Shown here: piece by piece, positions 8,530 to 18,206 of the stretch
Layout of the letters: each line of letters opens with the position of its first letter
Numbering within the stretch: position 1 is the first letter of the stretch
Origin: an uncultured Candidatus Saccharibacteria bacterium
GTDB lineage: Bacteria; Patescibacteriota; Minisyncoccia; Phycocordibacterales; G965230995
Reading direction: 5' to 3'
Assembly: GCA_965230995.1 (NCBI GenBank)
Contig: OZ246398.1
Span: forward strand, 592,213-656,212
Length of the DNA: 64,000 nt
The notes under the pieces: generated by a model
What the model was told of the DNA's origin: nothing
What the model saw: only the letters and a program-made list of their open reading frames with translations
Database searches by the model: none
Translations under genes and position numbers: made by a program

Positions 8530-9219
8530 ATGGAGAACCAATTCGACAAATGGGAAAACGAATACAGAAATCCTGTATTCCTCACAAAAGATGAAAAGCC
8601 ACAGTCAGACACTGTAAAATTTTTTCGTTTTCTAAAGAAAAATAAAATTGATTTAAATAATAAAACATTGATGGATATTGGATCCGGTACTGGTAGAAAT
8701 GGTAATTTTTTCGCAGAAAAGGGTGTGATTGTAACCGGAATTGAATTATCGAAAACCGCTGTATCTATTGCAAACGAAAGATCAAGAAATTTTAATTTAA
8801 ACGCAAAATATATTCTCGGAAGTATTGGAGAAACTTTTCCCTTTGAAAATGACAAATTTGATATTGCGCTGGATGTAATGTCTTCTAATTCGCTTTCAGA
8901 ACAAGAAAGAGAAATTTTTGTAAAGGAACTCCTCCGTGTTTTAAAAAAAGATGCTTTTGTATATATAAAAGCACACTCTAAGGATGGAGATAAAAATGCC
9001 AAAGAATTATTAAAGAAATTTCCAGGCAAAGAAAAAGACACCTACACAATGCCTCAGACTGGAATCACAGAAAGAGTTTTTACTGAAAAAGATTTTATAG
9101 ATACATACACAAAAGGATTCAAAATTTTAAAATTGGATAAAAAATCAAACTATTTTGGAATAGGAGATAGAAAATATAAAAGAAACTATTTTGTTTGCTA
9201 TATGCAAAAGATTGGCTAA
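8530..9219 (+). CDS. Class I SAM-dependent methyltransferase
   Basis: Motif I MDIGSGTGRN, GIELS, FPFENDKFDIA, RVLKKDA. Confidence 0.88.
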   Translation: MENQFDKWENEYRNPVFLTKDEKPQSDTVKFFRFLKKNKIDLNNKTLMDIGSGTGRNGNFFAEKGVIVTGIELSKTAVSIANERSRNFNLNAKYILGSIGETFPFENDKFDIALDVMSSNSLSEQEREIFVKELLRVLKKDAFVYIKAHSKDGDKNAKELLKKFPGKEKDTYTMPQTGITERVFTEKDFIDTYTKGFKILKLDKKSNYFGIGDRKYKRNYFVCYMQKIG

Positions 9220-9260
9220 TTTCTATGGAAAGACAAAAATAAACCTGCTATTATATAAAT

Positions 9261-10787
9261 ATGAACGAAAAACCAATGCAGGATTTAGACGAAAGAGATG
9301 TACGTGAAAAAGAGGCCGTTGCCCTAAAGAAAGCGGGCAAAATTATCTACAAAGACCGTTTTGATAGAACACACACCTCGCTTCAGGTGGCAAATGATTT
9401 TACCGCAGACAAAACACGCGCTTTTGATGATATTGCAAATGAACCAAAAAAACTTGTTTCTGTATCAGGAAGGGTAATGTCAGTCCGAAGTCATGGAAAA
9501 ATTTCATTTCTAAACATTCAGGATGCCGAAGGACAAGTCCAGATTGCTCTCAAGCAGGATATTCTAGGTGATGAACAATACAAAGAATACACAGAAGGCA
9601 TTCGTGTTGCTGATTTTATTGGTGTGTCTGGTGAACCATTTTTTACAAAACAAAACAAGCTCGCAATTCTTGCGATGGATGTTGTTTTGCTTTCAAAAGC
9701 ACTCCGCCCAATTCCAAAAGAACATTTTGGCATTGAAGATATAGAAACAAAATATCGCCAAAGATATCTGGATTTGATTTTGAACGAAGACACAAGAAAG
9801 AGATTTATAGTTCGTTCAAAAGTCGTTCAATCCTTGCGTCAGTGGCTACTTCAAAATAATTTTATGGAAGTCTCTACACGCTCGCTACATTCTGTGGCTG
9901 GCGGTGCTATGGCGGAAACATTTAATACTCATCATAATGCTTTAGACGAGGATTTTTCTTTGCGTATTTCACCAGAGCTAGATCTCAAAATGTGTGTAGT
10001 GGGTGGATTTGAAAGAGTTTTTGAATTTGCGATTTGCTATAGAAATGAAGGAATGGATCCATCACACGTTCAAGAATTCCAAATGCTTGAATGGTATTGT
10101 GCCTACGAGAATTATGAGGCTGGTATGAAATGGACCGAAGAAATGGTACGCAAGGCAGTACAGGACGCTCTAGGAGGCCTTGTGTTCAATGTTTTTGACA
10201 AGGATGGTGTGGAACACAGCATTGATTTTTCAAAGCCAATTCCAAAGGTAAAATTTGCCGACTTGCTAAAAGAGCATGCAGGAATCGATATGCTCGAAAC
10301 ATCCGATAAGGAATTGGTAAAAAAGGCAGTTTCTCTGGGGATAGACAAAAAAGAAGCCGAGGGACGTTCACGTGGAAACTTGCTTGATGATATTTATAAA
10401 AAGACTGCAAGACCAAAACTAATTCAGCCAGTTTTTGTGACGCATTATCCGGTAGAAATTGTGCCTCTTGCAAGACCGAGCGACGAGGATAGTAGAATTG
10501 CCGAAAGCTATCAGCTACTTATTGGAGGTTGGGAAGTTGTCAAAGCATATTCAGAATTGGTTGATCCTATAATTCAGAGAGAAAAATTTATGGAACAAGC
10601 CAAAGCCAAAGCTGGGGGTGATAAAGAAGCAATGGAATTAAACGAAGAATTTCTCACTGCAATGGAACATGGCATGCCACCTATTACTGGTTGGGGTATG
10701 GGAATTGAAAGATTTGTGACTCTGATCACGGGTCAAAAAAACCTTCGCGACGTTGTGCTATTTCCAACAATGAAGCCGGAGAAATAA
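9261..10787 (+). CDS. lysS: Lysyl-tRNA synthetase (class II)
   Basis: OB fold GRVMSVRSHGK, YRQRYLDL, LRISPEL, YRNEGMDPSH, AYSELVDP, EHGMPPITGWGMGIER. Confidence 0.97.
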   Translation: MNEKPMQDLDERDVREKEAVALKKAGKIIYKDRFDRTHTSLQVANDFTADKTRAFDDIANEPKKLVSVSGRVMSVRSHGKISFLNIQDAEGQVQIALKQDILGDEQYKEYTEGIRVADFIGVSGEPFFTKQNKLAILAMDVVLLSKALRPIPKEHFGIEDIETKYRQRYLDLILNEDTRKRFIVRSKVVQSLRQWLLQNNFMEVSTRSLHSVAGGAMAETFNTHHNALDEDFSLRISPELDLKMCVVGGFERVFEFAICYRNEGMDPSHVQEFQMLEWYCAYENYEAGMKWTEEMVRKAVQDALGGLVFNVFDKDGVEHSIDFSKPIPKVKFADLLKEHAGIDMLETSDKELVKKAVSLGIDKKEAEGRSRGNLLDDIYKKTARPKLIQPVFVTHYPVEIVPLARPSDEDSRIAESYQLLIGGWEVVKAYSELVDPIIQREKFMEQAKAKAGGDKEAMELNEEFLTAMEHGMPPITGWGMGIERFVTLITGQKNLRDVVLFPTMKPEK

Positions 10788-10806
10788 ATATTTTAGGTAA
10801 TGTTTA

Positions 10807-10836
10807 ACCCCGCTCCAGCAACCTGGCGGGCGGGGT
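10807..10836. terminator. Hairpin between convergent lysS and the 10860 ORF
   Basis: ACCCCGC...GCGGGGT stem enclosing CCAG/CTGG. Confidence 0.5.
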
Positions 10837-10859
10837 CTAGGTTCGTGTTGAACCGGGAA

Positions 10860-11105
10860 TCAGTGGCGGAATGGGGGTTCGTTCTCCCACGTTTGCTGGC
10901 TGCGTTTGAGGTGTTCCGATTGGGCACGGAAGTAGGTCACATTGTCAGTTCCGGCATCGGACTCCTTGGTTGTGGGTTCACCCGTTTTGAGCTCTGTGGC
11001 AGCCTTGACTGCCGCCGCAACAAGCATCTGGTTGAAATCAGGGTCACCTGTGACGAGAACTGTGGTACTCATCGTGTCATCCGTGACGAGGACTGTGGTG
11101 CTCAT
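10860..11105 (-). CDS. Small hypothetical protein with a duplicated N-terminus
   Basis: SD-like AAGGGGGT, GC-rich; MSTTVLVT occurs twice with a 33-nt period. Confidence 0.6.
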   Translation of the reverse strand: MSTTVLVTDDTMSTTVLVTGDPDFNQMLVAAAVKAATELKTGEPTTKESDAGTDNVTYFRAQSEHLKRSQQTWENEPPFRH

Positions 11106-11108
11106 AGT
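11043..11108. repeat. Two imperfect 33-bp tandem repeats
   Basis: GTGACGAGAACTGTGGTACTCATCGTG versus GTGACGAGGACTGTGGTGCTCATAGTG. Confidence 0.85.
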
Positions 11109-11172
11109 GCCACCCCCTTCTTTTCTTAATACAAATTAGCATAAAAATTGCACATTTGCTAGAATTAGCAAT

Positions 11173-12138
11173 ATGAAAAAATTGATATCGGGCGTCAAGC
11201 CAACAGGGAGGCCTCATATTGGAAATTATTTCGGAGCAATGCGTCAATTTGTGGAAATGCAGGACAAATTTGACTCTACTATTTTTATTGCAGACCTTCA
11301 CGCTCTCACTACTGTACAAAATAGGGAAGAAATGAGTAGTAATATTCTTGATTTGGCGACTGATTATCTTGCAATAGGTTTGGATCCAAAAAAAGTGACT
11401 TTGTTCAAACAATCAGACACTCCAGAAGTCGCCACTCTCGGTTGGATTTTTAACTGCATCACAACGATGCCGTATTTGATGAGGGCACACGCTTTCAAAG
11501 ATGCTGAAGCAAAAAACAAAGAAATAAATGTTGGTATTTTCGATTACCCGTTACTTATGGCAGCGGATATCTTGGTACACGACAGTGAAATTGTGCCAGT
11601 AGGAGAAGACCAAAAACAGCATGTGGAATATGCTCGTGACACAGCAGAAAAATTTAATCGTATTTTTGGCGAGACATTTATTTTGCCAAAGGCTCACATA
11701 CTAGAAGCAGTAAAGGTTGTACCCGGCACAGACGGTCGCAAAATGAGCAAGAGCTACAGCAACACGATTCCTCTTTTTGCTGATTTGGAAACAATAAAAA
11801 AAGCAGTGATGAGCATTCCTACAGATTCTCTCGGTGTATCTCTCCCAAAGCCAGAATACAAAAAGGATAATGTTTTCAAATTGCACGAATTATTTACAAC
11901 AGGTGATGAGTTTTCAAAGATTGAAGAAGGATACAAAAATGGTGGTTTAGGATATGGTGATTCAAAAAAGATTCTCATAAAGAATATTGATGCATTCATT
12001 GCTCCAATGAGAGAGAAAAGAGAGGGAATTGCAAAAGATAAAGATTATGTAATTTCTGTACTCGCAGATGGTGCAAAAAAAGCGCGAAAACAAGTGCAAT
12101 CTAAAATGGAGGAGGTTTATAAAAAGGTGGGCTTTTAG
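11173..12138 (+). CDS. trpS: Tryptophanyl-tRNA synthetase
   Basis: SGVKPTGRPHIGNY, YPLLMAADIL, VPVGEDQKQH, KMSKS. Confidence 0.97.
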   Translation: MKKLISGVKPTGRPHIGNYFGAMRQFVEMQDKFDSTIFIADLHALTTVQNREEMSSNILDLATDYLAIGLDPKKVTLFKQSDTPEVATLGWIFNCITTMPYLMRAHAFKDAEAKNKEINVGIFDYPLLMAADILVHDSEIVPVGEDQKQHVEYARDTAEKFNRIFGETFILPKAHILEAVKVVPGTDGRKMSKSYSNTIPLFADLETIKKAVMSIPTDSLGVSLPKPEYKKDNVFKLHELFTTGDEFSKIEEGYKNGGLGYGDSKKILIKNIDAFIAPMREKREGIAKDKDYVISVLADGAKKARKQVQSKMEEVYKKVGF

Positions 12139-12178
12139 GTGGATTGCGTAGTATTAAAAATATCAGTAAAAATTAATC

Positions 12179-12871
12179 ATGCTATCAATTTTATTCAAGC
12201 TTCTCTTTACTATTGGGGTCTCTATATTTGTTACAATATTTCTTAATGTAAAAGGTTATTTTAGTGACATGACCACAGTAGTTCTTTCTGCTATAACTGC
12301 CATATTATTATATCTGATCCTTAATAATTCAAATGTTAACGTATTTCTCAGTAAAATTTTTCAGGTTATAAAGAACGGTGCATCGTTAATTCATAAAATT
12401 ATTATCTCTGAAATATTATTGGTAGGAATCATTTATTCATTCGTATGGTTCGATTACACAACCAAATGTGATCAATGTGTTTCAGTATCTGAGTATTTGA
12501 TGCTTGTTTTGTTTTTTGTTATTACTATATCTACACTAATTTTGTTATCGTTAGATGTATATAGGGTTGCTAAGAATAATTACGATAATAACACCTTATT
12601 ATTACTTAATAGGTCAATTATTTTGTCAGCGTTTGGTTGGACAATTACACTGCTTGCTAGTCTTCTAATTTTTTCTTCAACTAGCGAAAGTACTCTGCCT
12701 CTATTTTGTTTTAGTATATCAGGAATTGTCTCGTTGCTAATGAATAGCATAATGCTATTTATAAAATCCAGATTTTTTCATTGTTTTTTAAGCGTCTTAA
12801 TTTTAATTATTTTTACAGGAATAACATTTTCGATTTCCTTTCTTGCAAACATTAGTTCATTTGTATTATAA
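12179..12871 (+). CDS. Hypothetical polytopic membrane protein
   Basis: About 7 hydrophobic segments, AT-rich, no recognised motif. Confidence 0.6.
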   Translation: MLSILFKLLFTIGVSIFVTIFLNVKGYFSDMTTVVLSAITAILLYLILNNSNVNVFLSKIFQVIKNGASLIHKIIISEILLVGIIYSFVWFDYTTKCDQCVSVSEYLMLVLFFVITISTLILLSLDVYRVAKNNYDNNTLLLLNRSIILSAFGWTITLLASLLIFSSTSESTLPLFCFSISGIVSLLMNSIMLFIKSRFFHCFLSVLILIIFTGITFSISFLANISSFVL

Positions 12872-12947
12872 ATATATAGTCCGAATCTTGAGATTTATAA
12901 TAATAAAAGAGTTTGCTTTCGGACTGTGTTAGTGGTATTTTATATAC

Positions 12948-13257
12948 AAAGCAATGAAGCTGAAAACACAGCTGAGCTGAGGGAAGAACCGATACTACTG
13001 TCCGCCCAAGGCGGATTACGAAGTATCGTAATAGACCCCTACGGTAGCGCCCGTCACGCGCATTGGTTCGCCGTAACAGTGATCTGTGTAGGTGACCATT
13101 GGTTCGCCGAAGCATTGCGAAGGCGACCCTGATAAGCTTTGACCGCCTGCGTTATTAAACTTTGGCGAGTCGAGGGAAGCAAGGTGGCACCGCGTCGTAA
13201 AGAACGCCCTTGCACGGAAGCGATTATTCGTTTTTGTGCAAGGGTGTTTTTATTTTA
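12948..13257 (+). promoter_or_regulatory. T-box riboswitch leader of aspS
   Basis: T-box AAGGTGGCACCGCG (13181-13194) pairs with CGCCCTT; overlapping terminator ACGCCCTTGCAC/GTGCAAGGGTGT plus T tract (13204-13257); 5' GCAATGAAG; candidate Asp specifier GAC at 13034-13036; promoter TTGCTT...TGgTATTTT upstream. Confidence 0.82.
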
Positions 13258-13298
13258 TCCTCACAAAAATTCGCTCCATTATCAGTAATTATAAGAAC

Positions 13299-14699
13299 AT
13301 GCAAAGAACATATATTGGTTCCCTCGGGGAACAAAAAGGACAGGAAGTCACCATCAAGGGATGGGTAGATGTCCGTCGCGATCAAGGAAAATTAATTTTC
13401 TTTGATTTTCGTGATATGACCGGATATGTGCAGGGTGTTGTTTTACCAAAATCTCCGGCAATGGAGAAAGCGGGAGAGCTCCGTCCTGAGTGGGTAGTAG
13501 AGATTAAAGGCAAGGTCAATCCAAGGCCTGAAAAAAATGTTCAAGCCGAAAAACAGAACGGTGATATTGAACTTGAAATATTAGATATAAATGTTTTGAA
13601 CAAATCAGAAGCATTGCCAATAGATATTTACGGCGACGGAAAAGAAATCAATGAAGAAGTCAGATTAAAATACAGGTACTTGGATATGCGACGCCCAAGA
13701 CTTCAGAGAATCTTTAGAAATAGACACAAAATTCAACAAGAGACACGTAATTTCTTTACAAAGGAAGGCTTTGTCGAGGTTGAAACTCCAATGATGACAA
13801 GATCTACTCCGGAAGGATCACGTGACTATGTTGTGCCTTCAAGACTAGAGCAGGGAAAGTTTTATGCTCTCCCACAGTCACCTCAGCAATACAAACAGCT
13901 TCTTATGGCTGGTGGTATGGAAAAATATTTTCAATTCGCGAGATGTTTTCGTGACGAAGATACAAGAGGCGACAGACAGCCAGAATTCACACAGATGGAC
14001 TTGGAAATGAGCTTTGTTGAACAAGAAGACGTGATGGCAATAAACGAAAAGGCGCTCATTCATATAGTAAAGACTCTGTATCCACACAAAAAATTCCAGG
14101 AATTACCTTTTCCAAGAATGACCTACAAGGAAGCAATGGAAAAGTATGGAAGCGACAAGCCAGATATCAGAAAAGACAAAAATGATCCAGACTTGCTCGC
14201 ATTTCTTTGGGTTGTAGATTTTCCTTTCTTTGAAAAGGATGATACTAGTCCTTCAGGTTGGACATTCACACACAACCCATTCTCAAGACCAAAGCCAGAA
14301 CATATGGATATGCTCATGAAAAAAGAAAACATTGGCGATATTTTAACCACTCAATATGACATCACATTGAACGGCTATGAGATTGGTGGGGGAAGTATTA
14401 GAAACCACGAACCAGAAGCTCTGAAAAAAGTTTTTGAAGTTATGGGCTACGAAGACACTCGTATTGAAAACAACTTTGGACATATGCTCAAAGCATTCAA
14501 AATGGGCACACCTCCACACGGTGGAATAGCGTGGGGATTTGATAGATTCCTTATGCTCCTTGAATGTGAGCCAAATATCCGCGAAGTAATTCCATTTGCC
14601 AAAACAGGCGAGGGCAAGGACCCAATGATGGAATCTCCGGCAGATATCAGAGAAGAACAACTGCTCGAATTAGGTATTACAGTTAAAAAGAAGAAATAA
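13299..14699 (+). CDS. aspS: Aspartyl-tRNA synthetase (short form lacking the GAD insertion)
   Basis: GWVDVRRDQG, RLKYRYLDMR, LPQSPQQYKQ, ARCFRDED, EIGGGSIR, PPHGGIAWGFDR. Start moved to MQRTY. Confidence 0.95.
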   Translation: MQRTYIGSLGEQKGQEVTIKGWVDVRRDQGKLIFFDFRDMTGYVQGVVLPKSPAMEKAGELRPEWVVEIKGKVNPRPEKNVQAEKQNGDIELEILDINVLNKSEALPIDIYGDGKEINEEVRLKYRYLDMRRPRLQRIFRNRHKIQQETRNFFTKEGFVEVETPMMTRSTPEGSRDYVVPSRLEQGKFYALPQSPQQYKQLLMAGGMEKYFQFARCFRDEDTRGDRQPEFTQMDLEMSFVEQEDVMAINEKALIHIVKTLYPHKKFQELPFPRMTYKEAMEKYGSDKPDIRKDKNDPDLLAFLWVVDFPFFEKDDTSPSGWTFTHNPFSRPKPEHMDMLMKKENIGDILTTQYDITLNGYEIGGGSIRNHEPEALKKVFEVMGYEDTRIENNFGHMLKAFKMGTPPHGGIAWGFDRFLMLLECEPNIREVIPFAKTGEGKDPMMESPADIREEQLLELGITVKKKK

Positions 14700-14703
14700 G
14701 GTA

Positions 14704-14730
14704 AAGGCTCCTTCGGGAGCTTTTCCTTTT
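14704..14730 (+). terminator. Intrinsic terminator after aspS
   Basis: GGCTCC-TTCG-GGAGCT followed by a T tract. Confidence 0.7.
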
Positions 14731-14760
14731 ATAATTCCCTTAAATTGATATTATAGATAT

Positions 14761-15522
14761 ATGCTAGTTGGCAGACCGATTTTTAGTATTAAGACAGAGA
14801 GCTTCGAGGGTCCCCTCGATCTTTTGCTTTCGCTTGTTGAAAAGAGAAAGCTTTTCATCAATGATATTTCGCTTTCAAAAGTGACGGATGATTTTATTGA
14901 ACACATAAACCAAATTACTGAAAACAATCTTGAAAATAGAGCAAATTTTATTGTCGTAGCTTCTACTCTTTTGCTTATAAAATCAAAATCTCTTTTACCA
15001 ACACTTGATTTGACTACCGAAGAACAAGGCGACATATCAGACCTGGAACTGAGATTGAAGTTGCTCTCAAAATACAAAGAAGCATCAGAATTTGTAAAAA
15101 AAATATTTGGTAAAAATATTTCTTTTGAAGGAGTGGGCGAAAGGGAACAGATAAGCGTTTTTGCCCCGCACGAATCAATTACCAAAGACAACATCTATTC
15201 GGCAATTTTGTCTGTTATCGAATCTCTTCCTAAAAAAGAAAAAGTTCCATCAATTCTTGTAAAGAAAGTTGTATCACTTGAAGAAACTATTGATATTCTG
15301 TCCAAAAGAATTGCTTCGAGCCTCAAAATGACTTTCAAAGACTTTTCATCAAAAAACCTTGGCGGTGCTGATATTGCTGAAATAAAAGTAAATGTGATTG
15401 TTAGTTTCCTCGCAATGCTAGAATTAGTAAAACAAGGCATAATTTCTGTTGAGCAGGAAAGTCGTTTTGGAGAAATCAATATGCAATCAAAGACAGTAGA
15501 GGTACCTAGATATGATATATAA
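14761..15522 (+). CDS. scpA: Segregation/condensation protein A
   Basis: FEGPLDLLL, LLIKSKSLLP, FLAMLEL, QESRFGEI. Confidence 0.95.
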   Translation: MLVGRPIFSIKTESFEGPLDLLLSLVEKRKLFINDISLSKVTDDFIEHINQITENNLENRANFIVVASTLLLIKSKSLLPTLDLTTEEQGDISDLELRLKLLSKYKEASEFVKKIFGKNISFEGVGEREQISVFAPHESITKDNIYSAILSVIESLPKKEKVPSILVKKVVSLEETIDILSKRIASSLKMTFKDFSSKNLGGADIAEIKVNVIVSFLAMLELVKQGIISVEQESRFGEINMQSKTVEVPRYDI

Positions 15523-15539
15523 AATTAAAAATTTCAAAT

Positions 15540-16076
15540 ATGAATACTGAAAATAAAATTGAAGCAATACTTTTTTACAATGGAGGGAGTATGAAGATTG
15601 CCGAGCTTTCAAAAGTTCTCGGTTTAGGTATAGATGAAATAAAATCATCACTGGAAATTCTTGAAAAAAATATTTCAGGACGTGGAATTGTTCTGGTGAG
15701 AAAAGAAGATGAAGTTATGCTTCGAACACATCCCGAAATTTCAGATTTAATTGAAAAAATTACAAAAGAAGAATTATCAAAAGATTTGGGTAGGGCAGGG
15801 CTTGAAACATTGTCTATCATTTTATACAAAAACCCAATCAGCAAAAAAGAACTAGAATATATTAGAGGTGTAAAATCATCTTTTATTTTAAGAACACTTT
15901 TGATCAGGGGATTAGTAGAGAGAATTTCTGATCCGAAAGATGCAAGGTCACATCTATACAAACCGACACTAGAATTATTTGGTTTTCTCGGAATATCAAA
16001 GATTGAAGACTTACCAGAATACGAAAATATTAAAAAGTCAATAACTGAATTCGAAACCCAAAAAGAACAGGCTTAA
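15540..16076 (+). CDS. scpB: Segregation/condensation protein B
   Basis: IEAILF, LETLSIILYKNPI, IRGV, FLGISKIEDLP; directly follows scpA. Confidence 0.95.
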   Translation: MNTENKIEAILFYNGGSMKIAELSKVLGLGIDEIKSSLEILEKNISGRGIVLVRKEDEVMLRTHPEISDLIEKITKEELSKDLGRAGLETLSIILYKNPISKKELEYIRGVKSSFILRTLLIRGLVERISDPKDARSHLYKPTLELFGFLGISKIEDLPEYENIKKSITEFETQKEQA

Positions 16077-16118
16077 TATTAGTGTTTTTGTTATATTTTG
16101 TGATAATATAATTTTTGT

Positions 16119-17087
16119 ATGAGCAAAGAACAAATAGAAAAAACAAAAATTGCTAGTTTTCTTTTTCTTTCGCTTCTTCTTGCTATCCAGGTAGTTTCAT
16201 CTCTCAAAAATGTAATCGTAAGCAATTTAATACAGAATAAACAAGAAAATATTTCTATTGACGAAAACGCAGTTTTGAGAGCTCTTGCATATGAAGATAT
16301 AAACATAATGGCAAAAAGCGTTGCCGTTTATGACATTAATACAAGCAGATTTATTTTTGAAAAAAATTCAAGCGAGGTAAGACCTATCGCATCTATAACA
16401 AAAGTCGTGTCAGCATTGGTATCGAGTGACGAAATAGGCGAAAATGATAAAATTGCAATTAACAAAGAATCTATTGGTCAAGCAGATGACAACGGACTAC
16501 TTTTGGGTGAAATTTGGCCATTCAAAAAATTGCTCGATTTTTCTTTGCTTGTTTCTTCAAATGACGGCGCGTATGCAATTGCAAACATAGCAGGTTCTAT
16601 TTCAAAAGATAATCTAGAAGAAAAGGAGCAAAATAATCCAATTGATGTTTTTGTTCAAAAAATGAACCAAAAGTCAAAAATGATAGGTCTTGAGAATACA
16701 TTTTTTAATAATCCAAGCGGATTAGACATAGATGAATACGAAGCTGGAGGATATAGTTCTGCAAGAGAAATCGCATTACTGATGTCTTATGTTCTAAGGG
16801 AAAAGCCAACGCTCCTCGAAGCGACTTCGCTTGCAACTGAGGATTTTGTTTCTGATAACAACATTGTGCATAGTGCAAAAAATACTAACGCAGCACTTTC
16901 CTCGATACCAGCTCTGATGGCCTCAAAAACTGGATATACTAAACTTGCGGGTGGAAATCTTGCTGTAATTTATGACGTTGGTGTAGGAAAACCAGTGGTT
17001 GTTGTGGTCCTCGGATCTGGCTACAGCGAAAGATTTTCTGATATGTCAGAAATAGTCAAAGCTACCAACAAATATTTTTCTATTTAA
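16119..17087 (+). CDS. D-alanyl-D-alanine carboxypeptidase (S11)
   Basis: ASITK (SxxK), SSN, NPSGLD, KTG. Confidence 0.9.
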   Translation: MSKEQIEKTKIASFLFLSLLLAIQVVSSLKNVIVSNLIQNKQENISIDENAVLRALAYEDINIMAKSVAVYDINTSRFIFEKNSSEVRPIASITKVVSALVSSDEIGENDKIAINKESIGQADDNGLLLGEIWPFKKLLDFSLLVSSNDGAYAIANIAGSISKDNLEEKEQNNPIDVFVQKMNQKSKMIGLENTFFNNPSGLDIDEYEAGGYSSAREIALLMSYVLREKPTLLEATSLATEDFVSDNNIVHSAKNTNAALSSIPALMASKTGYTKLAGGNLAVIYDVGVGKPVVVVVLGSGYSERFSDMSEIVKATNKYFSI

Positions 17088-17127
17088 TCCTTTGCCGAAG
17101 TACTATTATTGCGTATAATTAATCGAT

Positions 17128-18201
17128 ATGATAATAGACATCGTAAAGGTATTCGTACCATCAGTATTTTCATTTGCTTTTGGAATATTATTCACTCCGA
17201 TACTTACAAACTTTTTATACAAACACCAGATGTGGAAGAAAAAATCTGGCAAAGTAGATATGACGGGAAAAGCAACACCTCTTTTTAATGAACTACATAA
17301 AGAAAAGGAAGTTGGCACACCCCGAATGGGCGGAATTGTCATCTGGTTTTCTAGTTTATCTATCGTTACGGTATTTTGGATTTTATCAAAAGTATTTACA
17401 GGCGAAGTCTTTTCAAAACTAGACTTTTTAAGTCGTGACCAAACTTGGATACCAGTGTTCACGCTTTTTGCTGGAGCAATAATTGGATTGATAGATGATT
17501 ATTTGGAAATAAAAGGAAGCAGGGATCACGTCGCGGGTGGGCTTTCTCTTAAAAAGCGACTTCTCGCTGTCGGCTTAATCGGACTGTTTATTGGATATTG
17601 GTTTTACAGCAAGCTCGATGTTGTTTCTATTGGACTACCTGGAAACGGTGAATTAATTATCGGCTGGCTCATAATTCCGCTTTTTGCTCTCGTAATGACC
17701 TTTATTTATTCCGGTGGAATTATTGATGGAATTGACGGCCTATCTGGTGGAGTATTTGCAACAATTTTTGCCGCATATGCTGGTATTGCATTTTATCAAC
17801 ACCAGATTAACCTAGCGGCATTTTGTACAGTTTTAGTTGGTGGAATTCTTGCGTTTCTATGGTTCAACGTGCCACCGGCAAGATTTTATATGACAGAAAC
17901 CGGAAGCATGGCTCTCACAATTACACTCGCAGTTGTTGCATTTATGACTGATACTTTAGGGGGAGGATATGGTCTGCTTGTTTTGCCAATAATTGCCTTG
18001 CCCCTAGTTGTGACTACCTTATCAAATGTAATTCAAGTTGCATCAAAAAAATTACGAAATGGGAAAAAAGTATTTCTAATTGCTCCTCTACATCATCATT
18101 TCGAGGCGCTTGGCTGGCCATCATATAAAGTCACAATGAGATACTGGATATTCTCTGTTATGCTTGCTGTCTTTGGAATGTCACTTGCTCTCATTGGATA
18201 A
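17128..18201 (+). CDS. mraY: Phospho-N-acetylmuramoyl-pentapeptide transferase
   Basis: GTPRMGG, GLIDDY, DGIDGL, FNVPPA, APLHHHFE. Confidence 0.96.
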   Translation: MIIDIVKVFVPSVFSFAFGILFTPILTNFLYKHQMWKKKSGKVDMTGKATPLFNELHKEKEVGTPRMGGIVIWFSSLSIVTVFWILSKVFTGEVFSKLDFLSRDQTWIPVFTLFAGAIIGLIDDYLEIKGSRDHVAGGLSLKKRLLAVGLIGLFIGYWFYSKLDVVSIGLPGNGELIIGWLIIPLFALVMTFIYSGGIIDGIDGLSGGVFATIFAAYAGIAFYQHQINLAAFCTVLVGGILAFLWFNVPPARFYMTETGSMALTITLAVVAFMTDTLGGGYGLLVLPIIALPLVVTTLSNVIQVASKKLRNGKKVFLIAPLHHHFEALGWPSYKVTMRYWIFSVMLAVFGMSLALIG

Positions 18202-18206
18202 TAACA

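Noticed and set aside
11043-11108. 33-bp repeats as a mini CRISPR array
   Set aside because: Only two adjacent copies with no spacer, in frame within an ORF, and no cas genes. No CRISPR array was seen in the window.
12852-13298. ORFs 12926-13132 (+) and 12852-13115 (-), and the GTG start of aspS at 13236
   Set aside because: They overlap the T-box leader and its terminator, which explains the GC-rich sequence.
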